A DNA stretch of 64,000 bases from Camelus ferus (GCF_009834535.1 NC_045707.1:58158001-58222000); one strand, 5' to 3'. Numbered from the stretch's first letter, positions 13,535 through 26,050 are shown. Made by a program: numbers and translations. The notes: generated from the sequence alone by a model not told the origin.

Positions 13535-13651
13535 TATGATTTCATTGCTCCTATCATGCCTGTGGTGGAATCAGTAGATCCTGCATCATGGAGGCAGGGC
13601 TTGCGCAAAACTGGCATTGTTCTTGTGCCCAGTAAGGGTGAAAAATCTATG
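13535..13651 (+). CDS. PPP1R12A: Putative alternative cassette exon '9b' (YDFIAPIMPVVESVDPASWRQGLRKTGIVLVPSKGEKSM), paralogue of part of exon 10
   Basis: Long pyrimidine-rich region upstream, ggctttag|TAT ... ATG|gtgagg; 117 nt, phase 0-0, open frame; 11/12 aa identical to the exon 10 motif PASWRLGLRKTG. Confidence 0.75.
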
Positions 13652-14032
13652 GTGAGGCATTTCTATGTGCAAGGATTTATATTAGGTTACAATGTAACAA
13701 GTTTAATATGAACATTGGTTCCAAAGATGCATGGTTTTAAGTCATTATGGTGTGCTCATTTCTGTTCTCTGTATTTGCATCATAATTTTTCTGTGTGATA
13801 CAAAGTGTGGAGTGTGTTTTCTTAACTCTAACATCTGGGAAGGTAGTATTTCCTTTTTCAGTTTTAGATCTTTACATTTTTGACTAAGACATTAACCTAC
13901 TTAGTTAAAATTGTTTCTCCTGAAACTATTAACTATTTTAGACATATTATCTGTGAACTTGTCATTTCCAGCTTAAGGACTGATCAGTCTCGATAATTTT
14001 CTTTTCCTTTTTCTTAAAAATAAAATAAAAAG

Positions 14033-14248
14033 TTTCCAACTTCAGCTACAAAAATTTCTCCCAAAGAAGAAGAGCGGAAAGATGAATCTCCTGCATCTTG
14101 GAGGTTAGGGCTTAGAAAGACTGGCAGTTATGGTGCACTCGCAGAAATTACAGCATCTAAAGAGGCTCAGAAAGAAAAAGACACTGCAGGTGTTATGCGT
14201 TCAGCTTCAAGTCCCAGACTTTCCTCCTCTTTGGATAATAAAGAAAAG
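14033..14248 (+). CDS. PPP1R12A: MYPT1 exon 10 (FPTSATKISPKEEERKDESPASWRLGLRKTGSYGALAEITASKEAQKEKDTAGVMRSASSPRLSSSLDNKEK; K442, S445, S472, S473)
   Basis: aaaaag|TTT ... AAG|gtaatc; 216 nt, phase 0-0. Confidence 0.95.
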
Positions 14249-15466
14249 GTAATCTATTTCACAATTTGTTTTCTATAAAAACTCATAATTTGCTCTCCAT
14301 GAACATCAAATCTGTTGGATTTTCTACTATGCATCATTAGATCTATATATCAACTTAATTCACCTTACTTAATGAATTACATGATAATATAAATGTATCT
14401 GTCTATATGGAATTAAAAGTGTTGGGAAGATCAGATGTATCTGCCAAAAACATAAATTACCAGATTATACTCAATAGAGCAATTCTTTATTCTGTTTGAG
14501 AATTTATAATAAAATGCAGCAAGAAGTAAGCTTATTTGTTAAGAAAGGTTTCTGTAGTTTAGGAGCACATTTGTTCTAGAATGTGATTACACTCAGGCTA
14601 CATTTATCCGGTATGTGCGATTTCTTTACCTGCTTTTTTATCTGATACATCACAGCTTTCTTCTTCTTAGTAGTTTTAAGGCAGTACTAAAATTGTATTA
14701 AATAGAATGCACCGCAGTTCATTCAGTGCTATTTTATATGACAGGATTATTTTCTACTGCATTTTTAGTGCTTGGACATTTTTTTCCATATGGTTTTCTT
14801 GCTCCAAACAGGAATCATGTATCAGAAATTCAGAAATGTAATTTCTCATTAAGTAATTTTAATTATTTAATTTTGTATAAATTTATTGCCCAGTTGTTTC
14901 CCAAATATTTGATACCAGTGTAATGAGAATGTAACAGGTGCCATTGTCACTACTCTCTCAACCAGATTTGGATAAATATAATTTAAATAATTTGTTTTGA
15001 ATATTTTAATGTTATTTTAAAGCATAGAATATCAAGGTAGTAAATAACTCGTATAATATAAATAATTGGAACCTGTCGGTGAATCATATTTGAGACCTTA
15101 TTTCTCTGAAAGAAATAAGGATATTTTATCTTACAGTACTGCATTACTGTGAATATTCTGTTATAAACATTTTAGAAAAAGTCATTAAAATGTGGAGGAG
15201 TGTTTCTTATGTTAAAATTATCTAATTCTGGATTAGAGAAAGAAAAGAAAATTAGTTTGAACAGGCTGTCATTTAGTGCTCTTAGTACTTGAATATTGAT
15301 AGACATCAGTTTTAGAGTTTAACTAGGAATTAGGGAAATATAATCAAGTAAACTGTAATGGCTGTGCAATAATACATTGTTGAATGTGCTTTCCATATAC
15401 TCTCCTTTTAGTAGCACCTGTAATCATCACACAGGTTTATTTTCACTCATTTTCCCTTTTGTGTAG

Positions 15467-15561
15467 GAGAAAGATAGTAAAGGAGCTAGGCTTGCATACG
15501 TGGCACCTACAATACCAAGACGACTAGCCAGTACGTCTGACGTTGAAGAGAAAGAAAACAG
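15467..15561 (+). CDS. PPP1R12A: MYPT1 exon 11 (EKDSKGARLAYVAPTIPRRLASTSDVEEKEN; S507)
   Basis: ttgtgtag|GAG ... CAG|gtggat; 95 nt, phase 0-2. Confidence 0.95.
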
Positions 15562-16393
15562 GTGGATTCATTATGATTTGCTTTGTTTTTACTATAAAGT
15601 CTTTACTATCTAGCTTGAGAGTTAAAACATGAGCATTGTTGTAATTATGTGGGCTGTGGATTTCAGGAAGAGATGGAGGGTATTCCTAGTGGGGTGAACA
15701 CCAAGTCCATGGTCCTTAGGAGGTGCAGGCTTGGTATGTTCATGAAATAGCAAAAAAAAAAAAAGGCATTGTGGTTGAAACCGAGTGAGGGGACAGTGGT
15801 GAAAGATTAGGTCACAAACTAGTACATGCTTTCTAAGTATTTGTAAAATAATAGAAAAGGAGAAAAAGCCCTTAATCACTGTCAGCATTTTAGTTTGTTT
15901 CTTCCTATTTTTCATCACACAAGAGTGTGAAAACTTTTTTAATATAGTTGTAATCATGTTATGTTCAATTTTTGGTCTTGATTTTTTCTTTCACCTAAGA
16001 TCTCATGAGCAATCTTTTATAATTAGTATGTATTTTCAGCAAGCACTGCTATTCATCAGTACATAATCTTCCATAGAGTAAATCTGCTGAGGTTAAAGTA
16101 ACCATTTCCCCTCCCCAACTGTGGACATTTAAATTGTCTAGTATTTTGTGATCATAAATAAAACATCTGTAGACATCTTATTTCCCCCCCCTGTAATTAG
16201 GATTATACCTTAGGGATAGAATCTTAGAACTGGAGTTACTTGGACTTCTTAATAAATATTCCAAAGTGTTTTTCCAAGGGATTTTACTGGTTTCTGCTTC
16301 TACTGATGTTTATTGATATTCAGCTCTTTTTACCTCTATTTTAAAGTTATTTTAAAATTATCTACCAGAATCTGAAGGATATTCTTTTCACAG

Positions 16394-16498
16394 AGATTCT
16401 TCAAGTTTGCGAACAAGTAGTTCATACACAAGAAGAAAATGGGAAGATGATCTCAAAAAGAATAGTTCAATTAATGAAGGATCAACTTATCATAAAAG
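16394..16498 (+). CDS. PPP1R12A: MYPT1 exon 12 (DSSSLRTSSSYTRRKWEDDLKKNSSINEGSTYHK)
   Basis: tttcacag|A ... AAG|gtaata; 105 nt, phase 2-2. Confidence 0.95.
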
Positions 16499-17400
16499 GT
16501 AATATAATTCTCAAGCAACTTTTATGTGTTCTTTTATAAAAAATACAAGGCAGTTTGTTTGGAGCCCTCAATTTAATGTAATATAAAGATACGTGCTTTT
16601 ATTAAATATATCTTTTGTTGTTTAAATAAAACTTCATTTAAAGACAATGTATATATTTAAAGACGAGTGAAAATTTGCTCCTACTCATGCCTTCCTATTA
16701 TACATTTTTAATTAAGTTTGATATACTGTGAAGAATCTTTTAGATTATAGTATATTAAAAAGAAACTTCTATATACTTAAGTATATATATATGTCAATTA
16801 TATAATTGACTAGAGCAATTGAAATATATTAGTGACTTCATTGATTTCATTTCGTGACCTGGAGAATTTCCACTTGTCTTAGAACTCAGAGCCAATGGAA
16901 ATGCCTTAAGTTGGAATGTTAGTAATGTCTTGCAGGGGGACTATGCATTATTTTCTCTGCTAAAAACAACCAAAAAGAAGGATAAAAGATGAACTAGTAT
17001 AGGCATGGTTCGGTCCTAGGGATGTGACCCATTGCTGAAACAATTTTCTTTAAAAATGTTAAAATCTTAACTTCCCTGAACCAAAATGATTTTTTCTCAA
17101 ACCCAGCCTGGTGTTACCATATGGTCTGGAACAGTTCCAGAAAAATAAACTATCAGATCATCTTTGAATCTTGTTGGGGAGAAGGGTGGGATATGCAGTA
17201 AAATGATACACTGCCAAATAGTGAAATTATCTAGACTCTAGCAAGTTGTAGGTGCAACTCTTGGTGCTGGAGCCGGTGGTGTATTTAGGAACACAGTCTT
17301 TTAGATTTTCCCTAGCTTTGTGGATTTGTACAGTGTATAGACATTAAGTATAGAATAAACATACAAACATATCCTATATAGATATGACTCTTTCCTTTAG

Positions 17401-17568
17401 TTGCTCCTTTGGTAGAAGACAAGATGATTTGATTAGTTCTAGTGTTCCAAGCACCACATCAACACCAACAGTTACCTCTGCAGCTGGGCTTCAGAAAAGC
17501 CTGCTTTCCAGCACAAGCACTACTACAAAGATTACAACGGGTTCTTCTTCAACAGGCACACAAAGCAG
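17401..17568 (+). CDS. PPP1R12A: MYPT1 exon 13, central-insert alternative exon (CSFGRRQDDLISSSVPSTT...GTQS)
   Basis: tcctttag|T ... CAG|gtgagt; 168 nt, phase 2-2; ORF 17384..17572. Confidence 0.95.
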
Positions 17569-17962
17569 GTGAGTCACAGATACATTTGTGTTTAGGCCTC
17601 CTGTGTGCTTATGTACGTGCATGCATTTTTGTTTAGAAGATTGTGGGGCTCTGGATTTTTTCATTGACCTTATTAAAATTATTTACAAACAAAAATTGAT
17701 TCCAAAAAAAGGCAATTGTGCATGTTTGGGGAAAAATTAAGTTCCTGAATTAATGAGCTTTTCCTTGAATTAGGCTGCTTAAAATGTAAATTTCTCTTTG
17801 ACAGCTCTGGGTGAACTTTTTTGGTTCATAGTTGAAAGATGTCTCACCTTGTTTTTTAAAAAAATCCATCCCTATAGTCACATGTTTTCAGCTGCTAGAA
17901 AGTGCTTTCATTGTTTAGCTGTTCTCCTTTTCTCTTTTTGTGTTGCCGCTTATGTGCTATAG

Positions 17963-18139
17963 TACCTCAAATCGTTTGTGGGCTGAGGATAGTACTGAAA
18001 AAGAAAAGGACAGTGTTCCTACGGCAGTGACCATTCCTGTTGCTCCAACTGTTGTAAATGCTGCAGCCTCTACCACAACCCTGACTACAACTACTGCCGG
18101 CACTGTCTCCTCCACTTCAGAGGTCAGGGAGAGACGCAG
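17963..18139 (+). CDS. PPP1R12A: MYPT1 exon 14, central-insert alternative exon (TSNRLWAEDSTEKEKDSVPTAVTIPV...EVRERR)
   Basis: tgctatag|T ... CAG|gtgtgt; 177 nt, phase 2-2; ORF 17940..18185. Confidence 0.95.
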
Positions 18140-21100
18140 GTGTGTACAGGTCCTGACGGGACTGCTCATGTATCTTCCCCAGTGATGAAAGTTGTTTGTT
18201 TTGTTTTCTGATCTTGTAAAGATGGTGGTCCTCTCTTCAGTAGGTTAATGCATAAGACAACCTATATCAGCTCAGAACTATGTAAATTGATGTAATTAGC
18301 AACATTAGCATTTAGGCTTAGGCCTCTGACACAATCGGTGTTCTTGTTTAAAGGCAGTGAGCCAGACGGTTGTCTTCTTACTTAGCCATCTTAGTGTTTC
18401 TAATGGTGGTTTTAATTCAAAACGTTTTTGTAGTGAAGATCTAAATACATACAGTCACACTCATGGAAAATTAGATGTGACATGACAAAAACAGGTTTTT
18501 TTGTTCTTCCCATTATTCCTCCTCACCACCATCCTATTTATTAAGAAATTTAATGGATGTTTAACTGTTTTTGTTATTGTTACTTTGGGGAATTTTGTTT
18601 TAAGATTCTCTTGTTATAGAATGGCTTCTTATACATCTGTGTTAACCAAATAATTCTAATTATGTTGAATTCCTTCACTTAGTTTTAATTCTGGTACATA
18701 GAAAGCCCTCATTAATGAAGATTTTTAGGGGGCTGTGAATTTATTTTGTGTGCTTAAATGTATTTATGAGCATTGCTCTTCCTGCTGCAGCCAGTTGCCG
18801 TGGAATCATAGATGTGGAAAGGAATTTACCTATTACCTCTTGTGATATCCTTGCTTTACAGAAGGAAACTGAAACCTAGAGATATTAAGTGACTTTTCCA
18901 CTTGTATATGGTTAAATGTGAGAGCTAAGGCTAGGCCCAAGATTATAGGAGAATCAGTCCAAAATTCTATCTGCTATAATCCCTAGCTTTAAATTTGGTT
19001 TTCCCTCTTGAGAAAGGAGAACATCTTAGGAAAGTAAATGTAGCCTTTTTTAATATTTTATTCTTGGCAAAATTAGCTACGTAACTGATATTTTCCTTAA
19101 TTAAAATACTAACCAGAGTAACTTTGTTTTATTTCTGGTACATAGTGTTCATACACAGACAGTTTTATACAGCCTTTGTCTCTGGTCCCTAGCAGAGCAC
19201 ATGGCTTGTACTAAGTAGCAGCATTCCTTACAGCAGTATTTGTGGTGAATATATGGAAAGTAACAAAACATTAAATTAAAAAAATTTAATTTAAAAAAAG
19301 TCTTCTTTCCTGTCAGTGCATCTTTAGTTTCTGTCACTGTATTTATGGTGCATTTCTGTTTTTACAGTGAAATTTAATGATACGTCTGTAACATAAGCAG
19401 TTAACATCTTGTGATTTGAATACCAGTATAGGTCATATATTTTCATTATTCTTGCTTTACTTTTCTCTTAAGTTCAGTCAGTTTTAGATTTGAGGGTATT
19501 TTCAGTGAGACTACACAGCCAGCAGGAATGAGAGAATCAGAGGCATCCATTATTTTTTTCTCATGAAAATGAATTTGAGGACTTTGTGTTTTTTGGAAGG
19601 TGGAGAATCAAAGGGGAAAAGGGCCAGGAGTTCTTGGTTTTTACTCCTTGCTTTGCCTTAATCCTAAAGTTAGAGTTCTCTGCGGGTCAGAATTTCTTCT
19701 TCTATAAAATAAGGTGTTTGATTTATATAACTTGTAATTTCTAGGATCCTTTCTATCTCTAGCATTCCATACCTGTTAAAAATTTTCCAATGACAATTAA
19801 AGCCTAATGACCATCGCCCCAGAATCATCAGTTATTTCAGAACAAATTATGATTCTTAACCTCAGATTTCTTTATTTGTTAGTACTGTTGAAAAGAGTTG
19901 AGTTTCAATTTTATAGAATTAATCCTGGGAGGCATTAAAGATTGAGAATTAAATATTTGGCGATATTGTTAGGACAGAGCAGATTCTAATAGCATAATGT
20001 CTATTAACATTTTTCCTGGTCTACATTACAGAAATTTTGTCTTATTTCAATGATGTTTGCAATAATGTTTGTGTTTTGTTTCATGTCAAATAATTGTTTG
20101 CAATTTTGGCCTCTTCTGTTTGTCTTTTAATTAAATTTCATTAATGGTTTCAAAGTGTATATAGTTGAAAATTTGACCCTAAAATGTATTTATGATGATT
20201 TAAGAATATATTGTGACTGGATAAGGTATTTATGTATTTATGCCATTTATAGGTACCCTTGCATATGGATATTTAAATATTATGTAAAGTTACCATACAC
20301 AGTATTAAGTTCCACAGTATTCTTTTAATTTTCCATTTTTTATTGATCAGAATGAGCCGAGGATTTTCTGTTTTGGTCAGTTAAGATTTCCAGCGGATTA
20401 ATTGGAGGTAGGGGGCACTGGGGAAGTAGGGAAGAGAAGCTAGCTTTACATAGATGGCATATGATGGCAAATTCTTTCATTGATTAAGTATTTCTAGTTC
20501 TCTGTAGTTTTTTCAAACTGCAAAACAGTACCTTACTAATAACTTCAAATTTGTAATACGAATTCACATGAAACTCTTGGTTTAGAGTAACTACTCTCTT
20601 CTACCATTTTCCTTTGGCTCAGACAGCTTCCATTTGCCTATTTATTTTCCCTCTGGAAGGAAAAAGGCTGAGCGAGAAACAGGGGTTTGGTATTCAGTTT
20701 TTTAGAGACGTAATTTGGTGACTTACCAGAATCTAAATATTATGAATATTTCAGCCAATAGATGTCAGTGATGTAAAAAATATATAGAGTAATTCCTTCT
20801 ACTGGGGAAGACCCCTTAACTTTAAAATAACCTTTGGGTTGTTCAGAAAATAGTGAGCAATCTAAGACTAATAAGTAAAATTATATGCCCTTTGTCTTTG
20901 TAAGAAAGAGATCCAGTATGACAATTTGATACAGTAGTGATTAAGGCAGCAATGGAATTTAGTATATCCTACCGTCTTTTTGATGAAGAGTTCTTTAGAA
21001 TTAAAAACATTACGAATTTGAATTATTTTTCTCCTCTACATTCTATTCTTAGCAGTCTGTTCTGTGTAGACACCCCAAGGGAAGAGAAAGGAACTGAGTA

Positions 21101-22749
21101 TCAGATGGGGACTATCAAATATAAGAAATATATTGTGCATTACAAATATATTGTGCATTACGAATTGATAGGCCAGGTTTTTATGCTAGTTTGGGGCAAA
21201 TACTTGTTTGGAAATTCTAACTGAACAGATTTTACAAGTCTTTCAGCTAGTAAGTTTTATGCCCTCACTTGCATATGTTAAACCAGTTATGATAAATAGA
21301 TGTATTAACTTTTGTGACAACTTGAAACTATTGAAAAAGAATCTAGGCTTCTTGGAAGAGAGTGTGATGGTTGATTAGTGCCATTTGCCATGGAAGTAAA
21401 AGAGTATAGTGGCAATGCGAATTTCCCTGTTTTAAACTAAATATGAAAACTTAGACCATACATAATGGGAATCAGAATTCAATAGTTTATGTCCCTGGTT
21501 ACTTTCAGAGCAGCTCATGAAATGCTGAAGTGATACATGCAGCCATCTGGGCTGCTATAAACTTTTGTTTAACCAGATTTGCTATCACATTTAGGTCTTA
21601 TTTCTTCTTATTATTTTTTTTCCCTCATCATCTGGTGGAAGTCCAAAGGCAGTGAATTGCATAGGACCAGTAAGTGCATAAATAAATGTTAAATGAATGG
21701 ATGGAAAAAAATAGCCATTGGACCATATTTTCCAAGCTGATATTTCACAGAGGACTTTTCCACATTTAATAGGTATACCACAAAAGAAAAGAAAAAATAT
21801 TTCTAATTTAAATGATCTAGGAAAATGCTGAGTTAAACACCGTTAAACACATTTCTTCCTCAGTCCTTCAGACCCTTTAATATGTTGTTATGTTCCTAGA
21901 GAAGGTCACAATATATAGCGTTTTCCAAATTCATATAATGAACTTCTACAATAAACAGTACAAATTGTATTTGAGAATTAATGTTTCCTATTCTCTGATA
22001 GCAGTTTATTGGTTATCCTCTTTCTTGTCCTAGAAAATCACTAGAGTTGTTATAAAATTGAAGAAGTATCTTCTAGCTAAATAAAAACCTTAAGACTCAA
22101 GAGAGTTGATATATGGACAGAATAGGAATTATAAAACCATAGGAGAGAGGGAAGTATCAAGCTTTAGTATAACTTGAGCATCGTAGAAGGAAAGAGGGCA
22201 GATGTCCTACCATTTGTACTCTTCTCTTTGGATCTATGCATCGGTATTAATGAAGCCTTATTTAGCAGAATTTCAGCAAGAAAAAGTCCAACTAAGGAAA
22301 TGGTGATGACCAAAATGTTTTATTTAGTGAATTTTTTCGTTTTCCACTTTTAGGGGGACAAATTAAAGTCACAAAACCATCAGAAATTTAATTTCTAATT
22401 AAAAATGTATTTTATAAACTTAAATCAGTACTAATATTTTAATAGAAACCAAGTTTGGAAAAACAGAGCTCTTCAATGAAATGCTTTAATTTAATTTGAT
22501 GAGCTGTTCCTTACTGATGAGATAAATGTTGTAATTACTGTGACAGCAAAAAGACAATCATTCAGGATAGTCTAGAAAGCTAAAGGTAAAAAATGATAGA
22601 AAACATAAGGATAAAGAGAAAAAGAAAAGAAGTATTATTATGATATAGTGCCATAAGTTATTCAAGTGAATAAAGAACACAGTGATATTTTCTCAAACCA
22701 GATGATAATAAAAACAACTTAAGTCAAAATTTAGAAGTGATGGGATTTT

Positions 22750-23950
22750 CATCTTTTAAGTTTGTTGGATGTCTCATTCAAGAAAAAACACCCTCTTGAG
22801 AATTTCTTCACCTTCTTTGCTCACAGGTTATCTGTAAGTAGAGTAGACATGAGTAGGACCAGTCCTCTAGAACTAACTAGCCAATAAGTAAGAGTTAAAT
22901 GAGGAAATTCAAGCAACTATGATCGTGGGTGAGAAATGACTTTGTCATCTTAGGGTTAATTATTCAAGAAAGTGATTCCTAGGAATAATGAATCATGTAT
23001 TCTAGTTCTAGACAAATTCCAAAAAATTAAAGATTCTAAAGGGAAAGATGCATTCTTATTTATTAAAAACAATGAGGGTTCTCTAAAAAGAATTTTGAAG
23101 AAACTAAGTAATTTTAAGGTGTTTGAAGATGTGTTGTACTCTCTGAACTTCAGAGCTTTAAAGGACACATAGAAAAAATAGAAGATAAGCCATAAAACCA
23201 AGAATAAATTCCAAAGTTTGGTATGAATGCATGAGTAGTGTTAGTGAGGTTAAAGAGCAGAGTGAATTGCAAATTGAGAAGAATTATAAAGTTAAAAAGA
23301 GAGTGTTTTAAAAAATAGTATTTGGAGATATGGGTAGGGGATTTAACTTGATTAAAAAAAAACAGAAAATAGAGATACTCAACTTAGAGCGTTCTCTGAG
23401 AAATGTGAGCCAGATGGTAATATAACTAGATAAAGTGTTAACAGTTGAACTTCCCAAGTAATAATGATCTTTGGAGGGAAGTGTTTTTAGGTTGCAAGGC
23501 TCTGGTCTTTGTTCAACCCTTTAATTCGCTATTTAACTCTTGATGGAGATTGCATACCTTTGAAACTGTGCATTCCCTGTGAGAAGATGGAACATAGGCT
23601 TAGATTTATAAAATAAAATACAGTAAAGATAAATGCCAAGTTTTCTTCTTTATGTCAGAAAATCAGTTACCCAAGAATAAGATGCTGATTTGAAAGCAGT
23701 TCATGTATAAAAACACTTGAATTTTTAGAGAACTTATAAAGTATAAAGTTTGCCAAAAACACTGTTAATAAATGCACAATGACAAGAGTGCAGGAGTTCT
23801 GCTTCCTCACTACTCATCCCATATCCTGAATGTTGCATTCAGTCTTAATAACCATTATACCATGAAAAGACATTGACAGTCTAGGGTTGAATGATAACGT
23901 CACGTACCAGCTAGGATGGTATTTCAGAAAATCAGGAAAGGAGCTAAGAG
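22750..23950 (+). mobile_element. Probable CR1/L3 ancient LINE remnant
   Basis: Degenerate L3-like phrases (ataaatgccaagtt, tgttgcattcagtctt...aaagacattgacagtctag); boundaries uncertain. Confidence 0.4.
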
Positions 23951-24208
23951 GAATGATGTTACATAGTTTAAAAAAAAAGAAAGAAACTCTGGGTAGGAAG
24001 AACTTGAAAAATATGTTAGTGTGATTAATTCCAATCTAAAAAACTATCAGATTGCATTGAATTTCAGAGTGGGTGTAACCATTTTCTAAAGACTCTTTCT
24101 TAAAATCCATTAAAATGCTAAACTTATATGTTTCATTTACACATGTTCATATGTAATTACATTCACAGGTATCATACTCCAGCTAACAATTTTTATTTAT
24201 TGCTGTAG

Positions 24209-24299
24209 ATCATACCTCACTCCTGTTAGAGATGAAGAATCTGAATCTCAAAGAAAAGCAAGATCTAGACAAGCAAGACAGTCTAGAAGATCAACACAG
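24209..24299 (+). CDS. PPP1R12A: MYPT1 exon 15 (SYLTPVRDEESESQRKARSRQARQSRRSTQ; S668, S695, inhibitory T696 codon at 24294-24296)
   Basis: tgctgtag|A ... CAG|gtatat; 91 nt, phase 2-0. Confidence 0.97.
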
Positions 24300-24438
24300 G
24301 TATATTTAATGTGTATATAATATTATGTAAAATTCCAAAATAAATTACCTTTCCCTTTTTCACTTTTCTGTGAAAATATTGATGTCAGTATATAATATGA
24401 GTAAATCTTAAAAGATAAAGTTTGCTTTAGTAATCCTA

Positions 24439-24573
24439 CCATAGCCTTTTGTGTATGGTTATACTGTTAATATTGCATTTCATCCATAGCCTTTTGTGTA
24501 TGGTTATACTGTTAATATTGCATTTCATCCATAGCCTTTTGTGTATGGTTATACTGTTAATATTGCATTTCAT
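24439..24573. repeat. Perfect tandem triplication of a 45-bp unit
   Basis: ccatagccttttgtgtatggttatactgttaatattgcatttcat x3 (starts 24439, 24484, 24529). Confidence 0.97.
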
Positions 24574-25442
24574 CTAATTAGCATATACCTTTGTATCTCT
24601 TTGAGTATTTTTTTATTCCTAATGTGATGACTGGCTCAGAGTATTTGATAAGGGTTAAAATGAGTCATATGTGATGTCTAAATATTATTAAAGAATTCTA
24701 TGACTATTGGGAAGGGGCGAGGAATAGATCTATTATATTAGGTATATCAAAAAGCTAATGTGCAAGTATGAGAAAAATGTCACTCAGGCTAGTTATCTTC
24801 TTGCCTCCTCCTTGCTATTGTAATTGTATCTCTTATATCCCTTTGTATCTTCTGTTTCCTACAGTCGAGGAGCTCCAAAGTCCAGATTTAACTGTTTTAT
24901 CCTTACCATTACTTGTATTTCACATTAAACTATGTATGTGCTAGGAGCTTAACATATTATTTTGCCTTTGTGCCTTTGCTTCTTGAAGTCCAACTGGTCC
25001 TTTTCAAGACTTAACCTTCCAAAATCACTTCTTTACTGAAATTGTCTCTGTGTGCATATAAATACATAAAAACATAAATACATACAAATTTAACATTGTA
25101 AATAATGCATATATTGACTTTTCCTTCTTTCTCAGAATTTCTTGGGAATGTTTATATGGTATTTTTGTCAGCTCCTATGCTATTTTGTTAATTTCTTGAA
25201 TATAGTGGCAGTTTTTAATACATATTTTATTTCTTTCTCAGTGTCTCTTATTATGCTTGCTCATGATGATTCTTCATAGAATGAATGTGACTTAACAAAG
25301 TAAAAATTGTTTTCACTATGCAAACCAATTCCAAACATGCATATTTGACTTAATACATTTAATTTATCTACTTACAAAATATTCCTTTGAAATGAGCCTT
25401 GATGTGTCTCTCATAATTAAATTTATCTTTCTGTATGTGTAG

Positions 25443-25643
25443 GGGGTAACATTGACTGATCTTCAGGAGGCTGAAAAAACAATAGGAAGAAGTCGTTCCA
25501 CCAGAACCAGAGAACAAGAAAATGAAGACAAAGAAAAAGAGGAGAAAGAAAAACAGGATAGAGAGAAGCAAGAAGAAAAGAAGGAGTCAGAAACATCTAG
25601 AGAAGATGAATATAAGCAAAAATACTCCAGAACATATGATGAG
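25443..25643 (+). CDS. PPP1R12A: MYPT1 exon 16 (GVTLTDLQEAEKTIGRSRSTRTREQ...YSRTYDE)
   Basis: atgtgtag|GGG ... GAG|gtaata; 201 nt, phase 0-0. Confidence 0.96.
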
Positions 25644-25881
25644 GTAATAGTATACCAATGGTATGGCTAGGTCGAATGGTATGGATAGTTCTTGTGATTC
25701 TCAAAATGCAAGAGATTTATATACTAGCAAACCATATGCAAAATAATCAAAAGGATTTTAACTGGAAATTTGAATTATTTTGACGTGATTAGAAACATTA
25801 CTTTTCCTTTGAAATGAATTTAAGTGTTATGTATATCTGTATATAAAATTTCAAATGGGTATTAATTTTAATGTTTCACAG

Positions 25882-26050
25882 ACTTATCAACGCTACAGAC
25901 CAGCATCAACTTCAAGTTCAACCACTCCATCCTCTTCACTTTCTACCATGAGTAGTTCACTCTATGCTTCAAGTCAACTAAACAGGCCAAACAGTCTTGT
26001 AGGTATTACTTCTGCTTACTCCAGAGGATTAACAAAAGAAAATGAAAGAG
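25882..26050 (+). CDS. PPP1R12A: MYPT1 exon 17 (TYQRYRPASTSSSTTPSSSL...TKENER)
   Basis: tttcacag|ACT ... GAG|gtaaga; 169 nt, phase 0-1. Confidence 0.96.

Noticed and set aside
16369..16393. Upstream alternative acceptor for exon 12 (ctaccag|)
   Set aside because: Adds 25 nt and immediately reads AGA ATC TGA; no support for use
21126..21161. 18-bp tandem duplication (similar short ones near 7495 and 25657)
   Set aside because: Ordinary slippage duplications in intronic DNA with no evident function
24439..24573. CRISPR-like array
   Set aside because: Units are contiguous with no unique spacers, the context is a eukaryotic intron, and there are no cas genes
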